Source: a bacterium
Lineage (GTDB): Bacteria > JAMOTN01
DNA length: 52,479 bases
Assembly: GCA_027062325.1 (NCBI GenBank)
Contig: JAMOTN010000014.1
Coordinates: forward strand, 1 to 52,479
Direction: 5' to 3'
Positions 1-8,383 of the stretch are shown one piece after another; positions within the stretch are counted from its first letter, which is position 1; each line of letters begins with the position of its first letter. Both the position numbers and the translations under genes were made by a program. The notes below the pieces were generated by a model, which had not been told where the DNA came from, searched no databases, and worked only from the letters and a program-made list of their open reading frames with translations.

Positions 1-276
1 AAGAAAAACTTTGAACTTACTCTCTGTTAAATGAACGTCCGCTTCCGTCAAAAGCTCAACTACGACCTCCAAAAAGTCGCGAACACTTGCAACGTGTAGT
101 TTCCGCAAATCAAGGTAAAAAAACGTCTGCGTCTTAGCTAGGCGCTTCATCACTTCTTGCATAAGTGCAGTCTTGCCACAGTTCGCCTTGCCCGTCACTG
201 CTAGGATCTTATTCGCCTCATGCTCCAAATACAGCCTCATCCAACCTATCTCGCGTTCACGCCCTATAAATACCAT
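1..276 (-). CDS. Archaeal-type P-loop ATPase (ATPase_2/AAA-like), N-terminal part; runs off the window
   Basis: Not in the ORF track. My translation is MVFIGREREIGWMRLYLEHEANKILAVTGKANCGKTALMQEV...FFYLDLRK, with the F-x-G-R-E-x-E motif and Walker A GxxxxGKT. SD GAGGTGA upstream; frame open to base 1. Confidence 0.8.
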   Translation of the reverse strand, partial: MVFIGREREIGWMRLYLEHEANKILAVTGKANCGKTALMQEVMKRLAKTQTFFYLDLRKLHVASVRDFLEVVVELLTEADVHLTESKFKVFL

Positions 277-350
277 TAATTTTCACCTCACAAACAGCAG
301 GAGTGATGAAGGGGGTGGCCGATAGACACCATTAAAACCACCTCATTTTA

Positions 351-359
351 ATTGTAGCA
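351..359 (-). promoter_or_regulatory. Extended -10 element (TGcTACAAT) for the ATPase gene
   Basis: Minus strand reads TGCTACAAT about 75 nt upstream of the ATG; no good -35. Confidence 0.35.
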
Positions 360-382
360 AATTTAGGGAGGTAAAACTGTGG

Positions 383-520
383 TTATGATAACTAACAATC
401 CTTGTTAGTTAGTCGGGTAAATTGTCAAGGGAAAGCTGGTGGGAGGCGAGTTAGTGGTTGGAATTGAGTGTGTAACTAGAGGGGAATTATAAAATAAGAT
501 AATTATGATAACTAACAATC
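383..520. repeat. 18-bp exact direct repeat, two copies 120 bp apart (383-400, 503-520)
   Basis: TTATGATAACTAACAATC at both sites; includes one arm of the palindrome. Confidence 0.85.
389..411. promoter_or_regulatory. Perfect 10-bp inverted repeat, operator-like
   Basis: TAACTAACAA-tcc-TTGTTAGTTA. Confidence 0.55.
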
Positions 521-521
521 G

Positions 522-597
522 CTTTTGGTATCCTGTTAAACTTTTGGTGTCCTGTTAAACTTTTGGTGTCCTGTTAAACTTTTGGGGGCTGTTGAAA
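522..597. repeat. 19-bp tandem repeat, three copies plus a degenerate fourth
   Basis: CTTTTGGTRTCCTGTTAAA at 522, 541 and 560; CTTTTGGGGGCTGTTGAAA at 579. Confidence 0.9.
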
Positions 598-668
598 AGG
601 ATTAAAGTGGGGGAGTTGACCGCGCTTGCGCTGAAGTGAGTTTTGAGCAAACGCTGTAATGTGAACAT

Positions 669-699
669 AAAAAAAGGGGCAGGTTCCCCTGCCCCCTTT
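669..699 (-). terminator. Intrinsic terminator of the 727-2460 gene
   Basis: Stem GGGGCAGG/CCTGCCCC with a 4-nt loop, followed on the minus strand by a 7-U tract. Confidence 0.8.
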
Positions 700-726
700 G
701 TTGCCGCGATAGCGCGCTCAGAAGGA

Positions 727-2460
727 TTAGTCATTATCAGTAATCTTTGCCTCAAACTTAAGTTGATAGTTTTTAGTATCCCAGATGTCATCTCCAGTTG
801 TGTCATCAATCAAGTCCTTGGCACTTACCCCATCAGGATACATCTTAAGATCGGCAGTCTTTCCTGCAAGCTCATCATACCAGCTCATCGTTGCACCAAC
901 ATAGAGTTTCATTGTGTCGTTGCTACCACCAGCAGCGGTGTCATCATTATCAATAGCATTAGCATCGGCAGCATTCTTCAACGCTACAAACTTATCTGCA
1001 CCGTAGAAGAGGTAGAGCTTCTTGTCGGTGAACTGATGAACCTTCAAGTCAGTAAACAGCTCATAAAGATCAAGCTCAAGTCTTTCACTTTTCAGGTTAT
1101 CTTCGTTCAACTCTATGGAGAGGATATTAGTGGCGTTTATATAAAGACCATTATTATCATTATCATTTACCCCAAACGCACTACTCAAATTAATGCCAGT
1201 GGCAGTTTCTTCCGTGGCGGTCGTATCATTTCCTTTAAGAACCTTCAAAGTGACTGTTGCATTTGTCAAATCTGCTTCAATTTTATCTCCATCTTTAACC
1301 TCTGCTGGAACCTTTATCTCTGCATACACTTTGTAGGATGCATCTGCGCTAGTTGCTCCGTTAAGATATATATCCTGCTTCAACAACAGTTTGAAGTAGA
1401 GATAACCTTTACTGAAGTTTTCAATGTTTTTGAATGTGTAGGCGATTTTCATCTTGCCATTTCCAAATACAGCTTGAGTTAAAGAATCCACATCTCCACC
1501 TGCTACTCCTATCTTATCAACATCTGCATTCTTTAGAATCCTGTTACTTGCATCGTAACTCAAGTCAAGTATACTATCATCTTTTGCAGCATCATCGTTA
1601 TCATACTTAGTATCATAGCCTGCAGTATGAGTACCTGCACCTGTACCATCACTCAAATAAGCTACTACTGGCATGTTTGTATTTCCGTTATTCCTCAACG
1701 CAATTACTGGGACTGCGTTTTCTCCGCCGGACTGGATGTTGTAGTAGTTCTTCATAACTGCAAGGATATCACCATCCGGATTACCACCACTCCACACATC
1801 AGCATTTTCTTTTCCTTGAGCTTTGTAAACCAATTCTCTTAAGAGAAGGACTCTATCTTCATCTACATTTACATTAGGTTTAATTTTCCCCACAAACTGG
1901 TGGGCGTCTGCCATGAAGTCGGTGGTGCTGACAATCTTTCCTTTCAAAACATCGTCGCCCAAAGTCGCATTATTCATTGCCACCTGATATACCTTCTTTA
2001 CGAAATCCTTAGCATTTGCATAGAGGCTATCAGTTGGAGTATTTCCATCCATGTATGCCACAACCATTTCGGTGAAGAGGTTCGTTACAACAGTGTTGTT
2101 CTCAATTTCAGAACCCTTAAGAATTGCCCTCAACGCATAATCTGCCTGAGGTACTCCCTTATCCAACTCATAAACGACAAACTTCACAAAGTCATCATCT
2201 GCTATTGACTCCCTTACAGAAACAGGTGCATTCTCAACACTTGTTACGTTATTAAAGGTTTTCTCTCCAATCTTTTTCCATCTGGCATCCGTGCTATCCC
2301 ACTTGTAAACCTCTACTTTATAGTTCGTCCACACATCATCAACCGCACCAACATAGTAAGTTCCTGCGACATCATCATCGTCGTCACCGCAACCTGTCAA
2401 AAACATCGGCACCATTACAACAACACCAAGCATCAACAGCAAGCTCAACAACTTCTTCAT
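727..2460 (-). CDS. Large acidic lipoprotein of unknown function (surface protein)
   Basis: 577-aa ORF; signal peptide ending in lipobox FLTG-C followed by GDDDDD; D/N/K-rich; SD AAGGAGGT. Confidence 0.8.
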   Translation of the reverse strand: MKKLLSLLLMLGVVVMVPMFLTGCGDDDDDVAGTYYVGAVDDVWTNYKVEVYKWDSTDARWKKIGEKTFNNVTSVENAPVSVRESIADDDFVKFVVYELDKGVPQADYALRAILKGSEIENNTVVTNLFTEMVVAYMDGNTPTDSLYANAKDFVKKVYQVAMNNATLGDDVLKGKIVSTTDFMADAHQFVGKIKPNVNVDEDRVLLLRELVYKAQGKENADVWSGGNPDGDILAVMKNYYNIQSGGENAVPVIALRNNGNTNMPVVAYLSDGTGAGTHTAGYDTKYDNDDAAKDDSILDLSYDASNRILKNADVDKIGVAGGDVDSLTQAVFGNGKMKIAYTFKNIENFSKGYLYFKLLLKQDIYLNGATSADASYKVYAEIKVPAEVKDGDKIEADLTNATVTLKVLKGNDTTATEETATGINLSSAFGVNDNDNNGLYINATNILSIELNEDNLKSERLELDLYELFTDLKVHQFTDKKLYLFYGADKFVALKNAADANAIDNDDTAAGGSNDTMKLYVGATMSWYDELAGKTADLKMYPDGVSAKDLIDDTTGDDIWDTKNYQLKFEAKITDND

Positions 2461-2526
2461 AAGCCCGCTGCACCTCCTTTTACAATGTTTTGGAGGGCAA
2501 CAGGTTGCCTCGTTACCCTGTCGCCC

Positions 2527-3831
2527 TTACTCATTGTGTATTATAGATGAGACATTGGCACGTGTCAACGCCACCGGTACCTTCAGCTTTACATGCGGCA
2601 TTATACCACGTCCAAACGCCAAATCAGACGCACAAAACTCACGAGTACAATAATCTGCATACAATTCATCACCATCAAGATAAAAGCATGACAAAACACC
2701 AACTGATGCATCTTCCGGATACAACGCATCAACTCCCCAGCTGTCGCGCAGCTTCTTCTTCAAGCTAGACAAATTGGACGCAGCTACAGTCACTATCCAC
2801 TCATCAGAAAAATAAAGAGTCGCCTTGATCTTCTTATCTTCATACTTCAAAGAAGCAGGCACTATGCTTCCTGAAAGAGAAGCCATCCATTTTTTTCCCA
2901 GAATAGTGGTCTTAGGAAGATGGTTTAAAAAGTTCTCGACAACATCCTTATTAAATTTTAAAAGCTCCAAGAAATAGTCAGAATTGGAAGCAGAATCTGA
3001 AAGTTTTTTCGTAGTAAACTTCACATTTCCTGCAAATTCATATACTTCTTTAATAGGACTTGCCGTCACAAGCAGCTGTTCACCACTTGAAAGTTTGACA
3101 AGTGTCAGATATGCCACCTCTCTCTCTCCTTCAGGCTCTTCCCATCTTTTCAAGCTACGCACAGAATAAGAGAGAAATTTGGCACGGTGCAGCTTAAAAT
3201 CCAAATCCAGCGTTTTTTCTGCTTTTCTTCCCCATAAATCCTCTGCCAAAACATGAAGAGTGTAAGCTTTCTTCTCTATTACTGATGGGTAAACTTCCCA
3301 TGTGTGGCTATCCAGCGATTTTGCAATGCAGGCACTTTTCTTAACAGTTTCTCTATCAACTAGATAAGCTGTCAGCATATGAAGAGGAACCGTTGATTTT
3401 ACCTTAACTTGAAATGAATTACATCGTTCTAAAGAAAGCTCTAAACTTGCAGGAGGTGATGTGAGATTCACTGTGTAAATCACCTTATCCTTTTGATAAG
3501 TGGGCGCAATTGAGGAGTTAAGCTCTCCATAGAGATGATGTGATGGAAGGCGCACAACTACCCGTGTAAACTTTTCATCAAATGGCAGCTCATAAGGTGG
3601 ATTAAGTGAAGGAGAAAGATGAGCCACCTGCTTTTTCTTGTAGTAGATATCTATTATGGGGGTTATGGAACCTATATTTTTCCCAATAGCAAGCTTTATG
3701 TACGTCTTTGGAGTGGCTTTGAATCCCTGTAAAAGGGATATGACACTCAAAATTATTCCAATCCAGAAAAACGCGCGGTGCGCTTGAATTTTAGAGCCGA
3801 ACATCGATCCGAACATCAATCCTAACATCAA
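2527..3831 (-). CDS. Hypothetical protein with an N-terminal membrane anchor or signal
   Basis: 434-aa ORF directly after flgC; hydrophobic segment AFFWIGIILSVISLL; start uncertain. Confidence 0.7.
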   Translation of the reverse strand: MMLGLMFGSMFGSKIQAHRAFFWIGIILSVISLLQGFKATPKTYIKLAIGKNIGSITPIIDIYYKKKQVAHLSPSLNPPYELPFDEKFTRVVVRLPSHHLYGELNSSIAPTYQKDKVIYTVNLTSPPASLELSLERCNSFQVKVKSTVPLHMLTAYLVDRETVKKSACIAKSLDSHTWEVYPSVIEKKAYTLHVLAEDLWGRKAEKTLDLDFKLHRAKFLSYSVRSLKRWEEPEGEREVAYLTLVKLSSGEQLLVTASPIKEVYEFAGNVKFTTKKLSDSASNSDYFLELLKFNKDVVENFLNHLPKTTILGKKWMASLSGSIVPASLKYEDKKIKATLYFSDEWIVTVAASNLSSLKKKLRDSWGVDALYPEDASVGVLSCFYLDGDELYADYCTREFCASDLAFGRGIMPHVKLKVPVALTRANVSSIIHNE

Positions 3832-3834
3832 TAA

Positions 3835-4293
3835 TCACCTTCCAATGCGAAGTGCCTGCTGATACATGGATTTTATGGTGTTCATAACCGTGATGCCAGC
3901 CTCAAACGCCCGCGATGCATCTATCATGTCAACCATTTCACGCAACACGTTTACATTTGGATAATGCACATAGCCATTTTCATCAGCATCCGGATGCGAT
4001 GGATCATAAACAAGGCGCCCCGGTGACGAATCCTCTGCAACTCCTACAACGCGCACTCCAGCTGCATCTTCTCCCATGATGCGATTGCGCCCAAAGCCGC
4101 GTCCAAATGGTCCCATTGAATCCATATCCCGCGCAGCAAATACGGGAATTTTGCGTCGGTAGGGTTTACCATCTGGACCGCGTGTCGTATTTGCATTCGC
4201 AATGTTATCAGCTATAACATCAATTCTGAATCGCTGAGCAGTCAGTCCGCTTGCTACTGTATCAAACGTACCCCAAAATGACATTCCCGGCAT
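3835..4293 (-). CDS. flgC: Flagellar basal-body rod protein FlgC
   Basis: ASGLTAQRFRIDVIADNIANANTT, YDPSHPDADENGYVHYPNVN, EMVDMIDASRAFEA; SD GAGGTGA before ATG 4293. Confidence 0.96.
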   Translation of the reverse strand: MPGMSFWGTFDTVASGLTAQRFRIDVIADNIANANTTRGPDGKPYRRKIPVFAARDMDSMGPFGRGFGRNRIMGEDAAGVRVVGVAEDSSPGRLVYDPSHPDADENGYVHYPNVNVLREMVDMIDASRAFEAGITVMNTIKSMYQQALRIGR

Positions 4294-4298
4294 GGTGA

Positions 4299-4721
4299 TC
4301 ACCTCGCACCTCTTAGAACTGTGCGTATGCGAGAGATATGATCCGAATACATCTGAGTTATTGCCTGGTAGTAAAGAGCTGTTTTTTGAAGATTGGCAAG
4401 CTCAGTATCAAGGTCCACGTTGTTCCCATCATTGCGTGAAGTAGTCGTTGCCTCTACGAAGGGACGCGGTTTAATTGCCCAATCCGGACGGCGGCCTATG
4501 AAGAAGTGGCGCGGATCCGTGCGGCGTCCCACGAATTTGCGCTGATCGTTTTTGGCAAGCTCATCCACCCAAGCAACGTCTTTTCTCTTGTAGTTTGGAG
4601 TAGAGATGTTAGCTATGTTGTCAGAGATTGCAGATAGACGCCTTTCAGCCCAGTCCATTGCACGCTCTAAGAGTGCTTGATTAGCAAACATTGAAGACAT
4701 ACCACGAGATACTCCGAGCAT
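4299..4721 (-). CDS. flgB: Flagellar basal-body rod protein FlgB
   Basis: ISDNIANISTPNYKRKDV and RNDGNNVDLDTE; directly upstream of flgC. Confidence 0.95.
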   Translation of the reverse strand: MLGVSRGMSSMFANQALLERAMDWAERRLSAISDNIANISTPNYKRKDVAWVDELAKNDQRKFVGRRTDPRHFFIGRRPDWAIKPRPFVEATTTSRNDGNNVDLDTELANLQKTALYYQAITQMYSDHISRIRTVLRGAR

Positions 4722-4744
4722 GTGTTATCCCCCCTCATAGCTAT

Positions 4745-4771
4745 CAATCGGCTGTAAGAGAAAATTTTTGA
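4745..4771 (-). promoter_or_regulatory. Possible sigma28 (FliA/SigD)-type promoter for flgBC
   Basis: Minus strand TCAA-N15-GCCGATTG versus consensus TAAA-N15-GCCGATAA. Confidence 0.45.
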
Positions 4772-4809
4772 ATGCTATCATTGAAATGAAAAGATGGTAG
4801 GTGAATCAC

Positions 4810-5343
4810 ATGAGAAGAGAAACTGCAGCGCATCCTGAAGAGATGGTCGAAAGGTTATTTTCAAAACTTCACTCTGAAGTTGCTCTAATGTGGCAGGAAA
4901 AGAATCTCGACAAAAAGCTTGAATACGTGCTAAAAAAGCTCGTTTCAATTCCTCAAGTGGCCGCAATAATCCTGTTCGGCTCAGTTGCAAGAGGTAAAGC
5001 TATTCCTACCTCAGACATCGATTTAGCTGTTCTCTTAAGTGAAGATGTGGAATTTGGAGAACTTAAAAAACTTGAAGTAGAAGTAGGAAGTCTTGCTGAC
5101 AATGACATAGATCTGGCTTTGCTTCACAAACTCCCTTATTACATTCAAAGAAGTGTCTTCGAAGAAGGGATAGTCGTATTTTTAAGAGATGAAAGAGCAG
5201 ATAAAATTCTCAAAAATGCCCTTTTTCACGCAATAAAAGGCTATATTGAAAATGAGAGAATGTATAAAATGGTGGCGCGTAGTTTGAGAAAAAAACTGAT
5301 GGCAGAAGGGAGAGTGGGAGAAGATAAGAAATGGAGAAGATGA
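4810..5343 (+). CDS. mntA: MNT nucleotidyltransferase antitoxin (MntA-like)
   Basis: ILFGSVARGKAIPTSDIDLAV matches GSX10DXD; upstream of a HEPN gene; SD AGGTGA before ATG 4810. Confidence 0.88.
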   Translation: MRRETAAHPEEMVERLFSKLHSEVALMWQEKNLDKKLEYVLKKLVSIPQVAAIILFGSVARGKAIPTSDIDLAVLLSEDVEFGELKKLEVEVGSLADNDIDLALLHKLPYYIQRSVFEEGIVVFLRDERADKILKNALFHAIKGYIENERMYKMVARSLRKKLMAEGRVGEDKKWRR

Positions 5344-5369
5344 AAGGTTAAAAGGAGGTAATTGGAGAT

Positions 5370-5765
5370 ATGAGACTATACTCACAAGCGATAAGATTTT
5401 GGACGCACTTTAATCAAATAAAAAAATTGCTCAATGGCAATCTTGATGACTACTACGTTGCAACAGCTTTAGCGATGGAGTGTTTTCAAGCTGCAAATTC
5501 TCTCATCGATATTGCTACAAAACTCGTATCCGAAAATTCCCTGGGCTTTCCGCAAAACGCTGTAAACGCCTTTGAACTTCTCATGAAACACGGCCTAATC
5601 GAGAAGGAAGAGTTAGAAGCAGCAAAGCGAGCAATTTACTTGAGAAATCTTATCGCTCATGAATACCACGCAATTGAAAAGGAGGACTTGTTGGACTTAT
5701 ACAATGCCCTTGAAAGTTTACAAGCTTTTGTGAGGAGAGCTGAGATTAAAAATGGGGAAAGTTAA
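5370..5765 (+). CDS. hepT: HEPN/DUF86 ribonuclease toxin (HepT-like)
   Basis: RNLIAHEY matches RX4HXY; 131 aa; paired with the MNT gene. Confidence 0.88.
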   Translation: MRLYSQAIRFWTHFNQIKKLLNGNLDDYYVATALAMECFQAANSLIDIATKLVSENSLGFPQNAVNAFELLMKHGLIEKEELEAAKRAIYLRNLIAHEYHAIEKEDLLDLYNALESLQAFVRRAEIKNGES

Positions 5766-5891
5766 GGCTGAAATGGAGTAGTTTGCGAAGATGGTTAATT
5801 ATCGGTTAATTTGCTATATTACTATTTGGAAGACACAGTTGGTGTAGGGGATTTGAAAATAACCTCATATTTTGGCAAAGGAGGGATAGAG

Positions 5892-7226
5892 ATGAATCGC
5901 AAAAAGGTGGTGATTTTGGGCGCAGCAGGACGTGATTTTCACAATTTCAACGTATTTTTCAGAGATAATGAAGAGTGGGAAGTGGTAGCTTTCACAGCTA
6001 CTCAAATTCCTGACATTGATGGAAGAAAATATCCTGCTGAGCTTGCTGGCAAGCTTTATCCAGAGGGCATTCCTATCATTTCCGAGGATGAGCTTGAAAA
6101 AATAATCAAGGAAAAGAGCGTTGATTTTGCAGTATTCGCTTACAGCGACGTAGCACACGAACATGTGATGCACCTTGCAAGCCGTGCAATGAAGGCTGGC
6201 GCATCCTTCATGCTCCTGGGTCCAGAGCACACCATGCTCAAATCCTCAAAGCCGGTCATATCAATCTGTGCAGTCAGAACCGGTTGCGGTAAGAGTCAAA
6301 CTACAAGGCGTGTAGCAGAGCTTTTGACTAAAGCCGGCTTAAAGGTTGGAATTGTAAGGCACCCAATGCCTTATGGAGATTTGGTAGCTCAGCGTGTTCA
6401 GAGGTTCGCAAGTTATGAGGATCTTGATAAACACAACTGCACAATTGAGGAGAGAGAGGAATACGAACCGCACATTGATCGTGGTAATGTTGTGTACGCA
6501 GGTGTTGACTACGAAGCAATATTGCGTGAAGTTGAAAAGGAAGCAGATGTAGTAATATGGGATGGAGGAAACAATGACTTCCCATTCTTCAAGTCGGATC
6601 TTGAAATTGTCGTAGTAGATCCACATAGGCCAGGCCACGAGCTTGCCTACTTCCCCGGCGAGGTGAACTTTAGAAGAGCAGATGTTATCGTGATAAACAA
6701 GATCGACTCTGCATATCCAGAAGGAATTGAAGAGGTGCGCGAAAACATTTACGCGGTTAATCCTCAGGCTGTAGTCGTAGAAGCAGCAAGTCCTCTATTT
6801 GTAGATGAGCCGGAAAAGATCAAGGGCAAGCGTGTCGTAGTGGTTGAAGACGGTCCAACGGTAACTCATGGAGAGATGCCTTATGGGGCAGGATATGTTG
6901 CAGCACTCAAATACGGAGCAGCAGAAATTGTTGATCCAACTTCTCATCTTGTTGACACGATAGCTGAAACTTTTGAGAAATATCCCCATCTTTCAAATAT
7001 TATCCCAGCAATGGGCTACTCTCCAAAGCAAGTTGCAGACCTTGAGGCAACTCTTAATGCCGTCGATGCAGATGTAATAGTCAGTGCAACACCAATTGAT
7101 ATAAGGCGCGTTGCAAAAAACTTGAATAAACCGGTTGTTCGCGTAAGATACGAACTTCAGGAGATCGGCACTCCGAATCTTGAAGGAGTAATTGAAGAGT
7201 TTATAAAAGAAAAGATTAGAAAGTAA
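5892..7226 (+). CDS. arcE: COG2403 P-loop protein (cDPG-synthase-like 'predicted GTPase'); probable arginine synthetase
   Basis: GAAGRDFHNFN, AFTATQIP, P-loop AVRTGCGKSQT, RHPMPYG, TIEEREEYE, WDGGNND, EDGPT; clustered with arcC and OTC. Start placed at ATG 5892 from the SD. Confidence 0.8.
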   Translation: MNRKKVVILGAAGRDFHNFNVFFRDNEEWEVVAFTATQIPDIDGRKYPAELAGKLYPEGIPIISEDELEKIIKEKSVDFAVFAYSDVAHEHVMHLASRAMKAGASFMLLGPEHTMLKSSKPVISICAVRTGCGKSQTTRRVAELLTKAGLKVGIVRHPMPYGDLVAQRVQRFASYEDLDKHNCTIEEREEYEPHIDRGNVVYAGVDYEAILREVEKEADVVIWDGGNNDFPFFKSDLEIVVVDPHRPGHELAYFPGEVNFRRADVIVINKIDSAYPEGIEEVRENIYAVNPQAVVVEAASPLFVDEPEKIKGKRVVVVEDGPTVTHGEMPYGAGYVAALKYGAAEIVDPTSHLVDTIAETFEKYPHLSNIIPAMGYSPKQVADLEATLNAVDADVIVSATPIDIRRVAKNLNKPVVRVRYELQEIGTPNLEGVIEEFIKEKIRK

Positions 7227-7327
7227 TTAACAAAATAATAAACAACACAATACTAGCTCAACATACTCAAATTGTTGAGGCTCATTTACATATCCAGCAC
7301 AAGCTGTTTAAAGTAAAATTGTTAAGG

Positions 7328-7359
7328 AGGCGGTGCCTTGATTAGGTGCCGCCTTTTTT
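7328..7359 (+). terminator. Terminator-like hairpin between arcE and arcC
   Basis: AGGCGGTGCCT-tgatt-AGGTGCCGCCT (two G-U pairs) plus T tract. Confidence 0.65.
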
Positions 7360-7405
7360 ATACTATGAGTGGTGGCAAGTTTTAAGCAGGTAAGGAGGGA
7401 TACAT

Positions 7406-8350
7406 GTGTCTGGAACCAACAGCAAAAAGGTCGTAGTAGCTCTCGGAGGTAACGCTTTTCAAAATTCAAAGGAAGATAATTACTTTGTGCAACTTAGAAA
7501 AGCAGAAGAGACAGGAAAAATCATTGCTCAGCTTTCTAAAGAAGCAGATGTCATCGTAACACATGGAAACGGACCTCAAGTTGGTGAAGCGTTGTTGCGT
7601 GTTGCAGCAGCTGAAAAGGATGGAATAGATCCAATTCCACTTCATGCATGTGTTGCCAACACTCAGGCACGAATTGGTTTCTCACTTGAGCGGGGAATTA
7701 GACTTGCTCTTAAAAAAGAGGGCATTGAAAAGGAAGTTGCATGTGTCATCACTCAGGTTATCGTCGATGAAAACGACCCAGCGTTTTCCAATCCAAGCAA
7801 ACCAATAGGTCCTTTCATGACAAAAGAAGAGGCAGAGAAAAAAGCAGCAGAGGAAGGTTGGTCGGTAGTTGAAGACGCAGGGCGCGGCTGGAGGCGAGTG
7901 GTTCCGTCCCCTAAGCCACTTAAAGTGGTCGAGCTTCCCGTTATAAAGAAGTTGCTTGAAGAGAAAACAGTAGTTATAGCAGCAGGTGGCGGTGGAATCC
8001 CCGTCAGAGAAAGTGATCTATCAGGACTTGAAGCTGTAATTGATAAAGATTTGGCATCAAGTTTGCTGGCTAGAAATATTGGTGCAGACATGCTCATAAT
8101 TGCAACGGCTGTTGAGAAAGTGTGCCTCAACTTTGGAAAACCCAATGAGAAAAAGCTAGATCGAGTAAGTGTAAAGGAGTTAAAAAAGTATGCTGAAGAA
8201 GGACATTTTAAACCAGGTAGTATGCTTCCCAAAGTTCAGGCTTGTATAGAGTTTGTTGAAGCAACGGGTAATATAGCAGTCATCACCCACCTCAATAAGC
8301 TTGCAGGAGCTGTGGGAAATCCAGAGATTGGCACAGTAATTGTCCCCTAG
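7406..8350 (+). CDS. arcC: Carbamate kinase
   Basis: VVALGGNA, THGNGPQVG, PSKPIGPF, EDAGRGWRRVVPSP, GGGGIPV, EAVIDKD, GSMLPKV. Confidence 0.96.
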   Translation: MSGTNSKKVVVALGGNAFQNSKEDNYFVQLRKAEETGKIIAQLSKEADVIVTHGNGPQVGEALLRVAAAEKDGIDPIPLHACVANTQARIGFSLERGIRLALKKEGIEKEVACVITQVIVDENDPAFSNPSKPIGPFMTKEEAEKKAAEEGWSVVEDAGRGWRRVVPSPKPLKVVELPVIKKLLEEKTVVIAAGGGGIPVRESDLSGLEAVIDKDLASSLLARNIGADMLIIATAVEKVCLNFGKPNEKKLDRVSVKELKKYAEEGHFKPGSMLPKVQACIEFVEATGNIAVITHLNKLAGAVGNPEIGTVIVP

Positions 8351-8383
8351 TTATAAAATTACACTGTTAAAGGAGGGATATTT

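Noticed and set aside
522-597. 19-bp repeats as a CRISPR array
   Set aside because: The copies are directly adjacent with no spacers, they are too short, and there are no cas genes.
555-1482. ORFs 555-809 (-) and 643-1482 (+)
   Set aside because: Shadows of the lipoprotein gene that run through its terminator or the repeats; no recognisable motifs.
5892-7226. Literal annotation as cyclic 2,3-diphosphoglycerate synthase or GTPase
   Set aside because: No 2-phosphoglycerate kinase nearby; linkage to arcC and OTC fits arginine synthetase better.
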